A DNA stretch of 64,000 bases from the human T2T-CHM13v2.0 reference genome, Homo sapiens. How positions within the stretch are numbered: position 1 is the stretch's first letter; every line of letters begins with the position of its first letter. Below the pieces are notes generated by a model. It was not told where the DNA came from. It worked only from the letters and a program-made list of their open reading frames with translations, and did not search any database. Positions 60,471 to 64,000 of the stretch are shown piece by piece. The position numbers were made by a program, and so were the translations under genes. The DNA is taken from the NCBI RefSeq assembly GCF_009914755.1, contig NC_060925.1. One strand, 5' to 3'.

Positions 60471-62123
60471 ATTTTTTTTTTTTTTTTTTAGTTTTATCCT
60501 TTTATTGAAGCTTACAATTTCACTGAACTTTTGGCCCCAAATGAAAAAAATGCAAATTAAAAAAAGTATTGGCAAGGAGAGGTGACCACTGTCCCCTGGA
60601 GATGGAAGCCGAGCAGAGCGTGGCAGGCAAGTGAGGGATCCCAGCTGCGGAGGCAGTAGCCTGGCCAAAGATGCCCAGGGAACAGATTTGTCTGAGCAGG
60701 GCCAGCCCCAGGCAGCTAGAAGTTAATACCCAAGGATTTATGGGTGTGATGGAATCCAAGCCACTGGTCCCAGGGGCAAATCTCTCTCATGCTTGGTCAG
60801 ATTCCACTTTGGAGAAAATGGGCTCATGTGACAGGATGGCCTGGTGAGGGAACACAGGTGCTAATGGTAACAGGCCAGTGAACACTCGCCACTGGCATCA
60901 GGGTGGAGCTCAGCTGACTGGACACTAACTCCATTACAAGGACCAGAATCTCCTGCGTCTGGTGCCAGGCTGTGCCACTCAACTGCTCATGGCCGTCGGG
61001 ACATTCAGCTTTCATCCTCTCCTTCATCAGGCCCCTACCTGTGTGGCCTCAGCCCTGGTCCTCACTATTTGGTGGCTGTGATGCAGGACTCTCAACCCTC
61101 TTTTGGAACAGTGTTGCATCAAGCAAGGGAGAATGTTCTTCTAGAGGGACAGGAAAAGAAGAGAGAGGTCCACGTACTTCTGTCACTCTAGGAAGCCAGG
61201 AAAGGTCCCTGGTGCACTCCACTCTCCACAGATGGGTTGGGTCATAGCATCCGAGCTGTCATGGTGACGACGTCCTTGAAGCTGAGCCGAATGTTGCCTT
61301 GTACAGCTGTGTCCTTCTCCCGGAAGGCCTCTGTCGGCATCTGCAGCTGGGTGCACACCTGGATGAAGCAATCAAGCTGTCTGGCAGGATTGACAGAGCG
61401 TGGGCAGTAGCTGGAGACCAGTAGCTGGGTGAACTGGGGGCTCAGGTTGTAGCCCATTTGGGACAGAGCTTGCTGCAGCTCTGTGTAGCTAATGGAGCCT
61501 GAGTTGTCCCAGTCATAACTGCTGGAAGAGCTGCTTCCACTGCTGGATGAATTTCCACAGGGCTGAGAAGCCGTAGACATTTATGTGGCCTGATTAGGTC
61601 TTGTCAAACATGTTTATCATCATGAGGCAGGTCTCATCATTGAACAAGGACCAGTTGCAGTTGACCAGAGCCTGCTTCACCTCCTTCATGGAGATAAAGC
61701 CACTGTGATCAGAGTCACCGACTGGAACCAGGAGTAGGCCTCATCCATATTGGGAGGGGAGCCACCCTGTCCATGAGGCCTGGGCTGCTGGGCACCGTAG
61801 GAATTTGGAGGTGGCTGACCATAGGGGCCCCCTGGAGCTGTACCATCATTTGGTCCTCCTGGAGTTCCAGAGGGGAACATCCCAGGATTGAGGTGTCCAT
61901 AGGGCCCTCTACCAGCTGGTGGTCCATAAGGCCCTCCAGGGGCAGGACCCCCATAGCCACCACCAGGGGGTAGCACGCTGCCATACTGCCCTCCACTACT
62001 GGGGGGGGTCCAAGGTAGTAGCTACCCGGAGGGGTTCCTGGCGCTTGCCCTGCATCTCCAGGGCAGCCCCGCCCATACAGATAGCTGGCTGTGGCAATTC
62101 TGACGTCACACACAGGCAAGGGG
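60471..62123 (-). pseudogene. Processed pseudogene of PEF1 (peflin, penta-EF-hand), antisense in MDM4 intron 3
   Basis: Three minus-strand ORF fragments reproduce PEF1 (Gly/Pro/Tyr-rich N-terminus; [30 protein letters not shown]...TARML). No introns; start codon altered (ACA at 62092-62090); TAA at 61596-61594; frameshifts; AATAAA at 60506-60501; poly(A) at 60472-60489; TSD TAAAGTCTGGA at 60460-60470 and 62124-62134. Confidence 0.93.
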
Positions 62124-62269
62124 TAAAGTCTGGATTTTTATATCATTATAGTGGTTATGATGAATTATGCCATCTCCTTCATTTAGCATGGCAGAGTTTG
62201 CCTGAGTTTACACGATGAGCTTTCTGTTATGAACCTTGACTCTATCTATTGCATAAAGGGAATTTCCTG

Positions 62270-62571
<302 letters not shown>

Positions 62572-63023
62572 TAAATTTTTATTTGATAAACACTTGGATT
62601 TTATGTTTTGTCCACTTACAATGCTGATGGCTCTTATTAAACATTGTACTTCATTTGCCAAAAAGAATTATTATGTGAACACATATCAAAAGCCTAAAGT
62701 CGTTTATGTGCCCTGGACTGGGAAAATATTTTTATAATCCAGGCAAATTACTTCTAGTAATAGAATAGACTTCTTTATTTGGACGTCTGAGAAAATTTTT
62801 AAGAGGATACTAGGTAAATTCACTGCTTTTTCTCATTGTCAGATCAGTTCATTTCTGTGCTGAAAAGTCTGGGTCTGTTAATTGTCAGAAAGACAATGAG
62901 TAGATGGACCTAGTAGTTGGGAGCGGCTTTCCTGTTGTAGGACCCCTTACACAAACTTTGACAGTCTTGTAAATATGTTATTTCTTTCTTTAGCAAACTA
63001 ACTTACCTTACCTCCTCTAATGA

Positions 63024-63215
<192 letters not shown>

Positions 63216-64000
63216 TAAAAACAGTGAGGGCTTGCGTATCTTTTTGGGTGCTTATACCTAGCCACTTAATTTCTATGGGTTATTAATATTTATTACTTCA
63301 CTCAACAAATATGTAAGAGCCTACATATGTTAGGTAGCCTATGAGGCACTGAGAATATGGTAATGAGCGACACACAGTCTGATTTTATGGAGTATACAGA
63401 GTAGTGAGTCAGTAGATGCTCTTGCCCATCTTAGTCAAATAATCACACTAATTCATGGTAAACCTACACTATGGCAAGTGCTACAGAAAAGAGATACATG
63501 AAGCAGGGAGTGGGTGGGATTTAGAGTGTTAGAGGTCAAGAAAATGTTCTTTTGAGGAAGTGAAATTTCAGCCAAAAGCTGAAAGATAGATAATTAAGTA
63601 GTCAATCAGAGAGTTTGAGGTTGATTGAACACCATGTGTAAAGGCCTGGGTAGGAGGAAGCTTGATGTGACTAGGTTAGAATTTTGTGAAATAATTGTTG
63701 GAGAGGGAGGAAGAGTGAGCAGATGAGAGAAATGTAGAATTGCTGGGCAGTTAGAGGTTGATGATGAGCCTGGTAAGAATCACAGTAGGGCTAACCTGAC
63801 CTGTTACTTTTCTCCAGCTGCATGGGGTGTAAGTTATTAGCTTATATAGTCAAAAGCTAATTAGTAATTTAGAAGCTCTCTTTCTCTATAGCTTTGATGA
63901 CTGCTGCTTCTGAGCTCATTCTGTCTTACACTAAGACTTCCCTTAGCTGGGTGTGGTGGCTCAAGCCTGTAATTCCAGCACTTTGGGAGGCTGAGGTGGG

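Noticed and set aside
61242-62119. PEF1-like ORFs as a functional retrogene
   Set aside because: The start codon is lost, there is an in-frame TAA, and multiple frameshifts split the frame.

Overview
Human (primate) genomic DNA, recognisable as the 1q32.1 PIK3C2B / MDM4 interval. The two genes are divergently transcribed. PIK3C2B (minus strand) contributes a CpG-island first exon (~26.8-27.2 kb) and its large first coding exon (1451-2467). MDM4 (plus strand) contributes its promoter and exon 1 (~48.8 kb), the p53-responsive intronic P2 promoter with exon 1beta, and coding exons 2-4 (N-terminal p53-binding domain). Between the genes lie two identical, convergent tRNA-Lys(TTT) genes and a CTCF-like site. 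MDM4 intron 3 carries a full-length antisense PEF1 processed pseudogene with target-site duplications (TSDs), and intron 1 carries an LTR10-family solo LTR with three AP-1 sites. The window is very Alu-rich (roughly 50-60 Alu or Alu fragments by eye), and most short ORFs in the track are Alu-derived or GC-rich noise. The most unusual signals are: (i) a perfect 19 x 25-bp minisatellite born inside an old L1, making an array of 18 TCACATGA (MiT/TFE/USF-type) E-boxes in PIK3C2B intron 1; (ii) multi-uORF leaders on both genes; (iii) several local templated duplications about 2 kb from their sources. No prokaryotic-type systems such as CRISPR are present. Gene and repeat names come from recall, not database searches.
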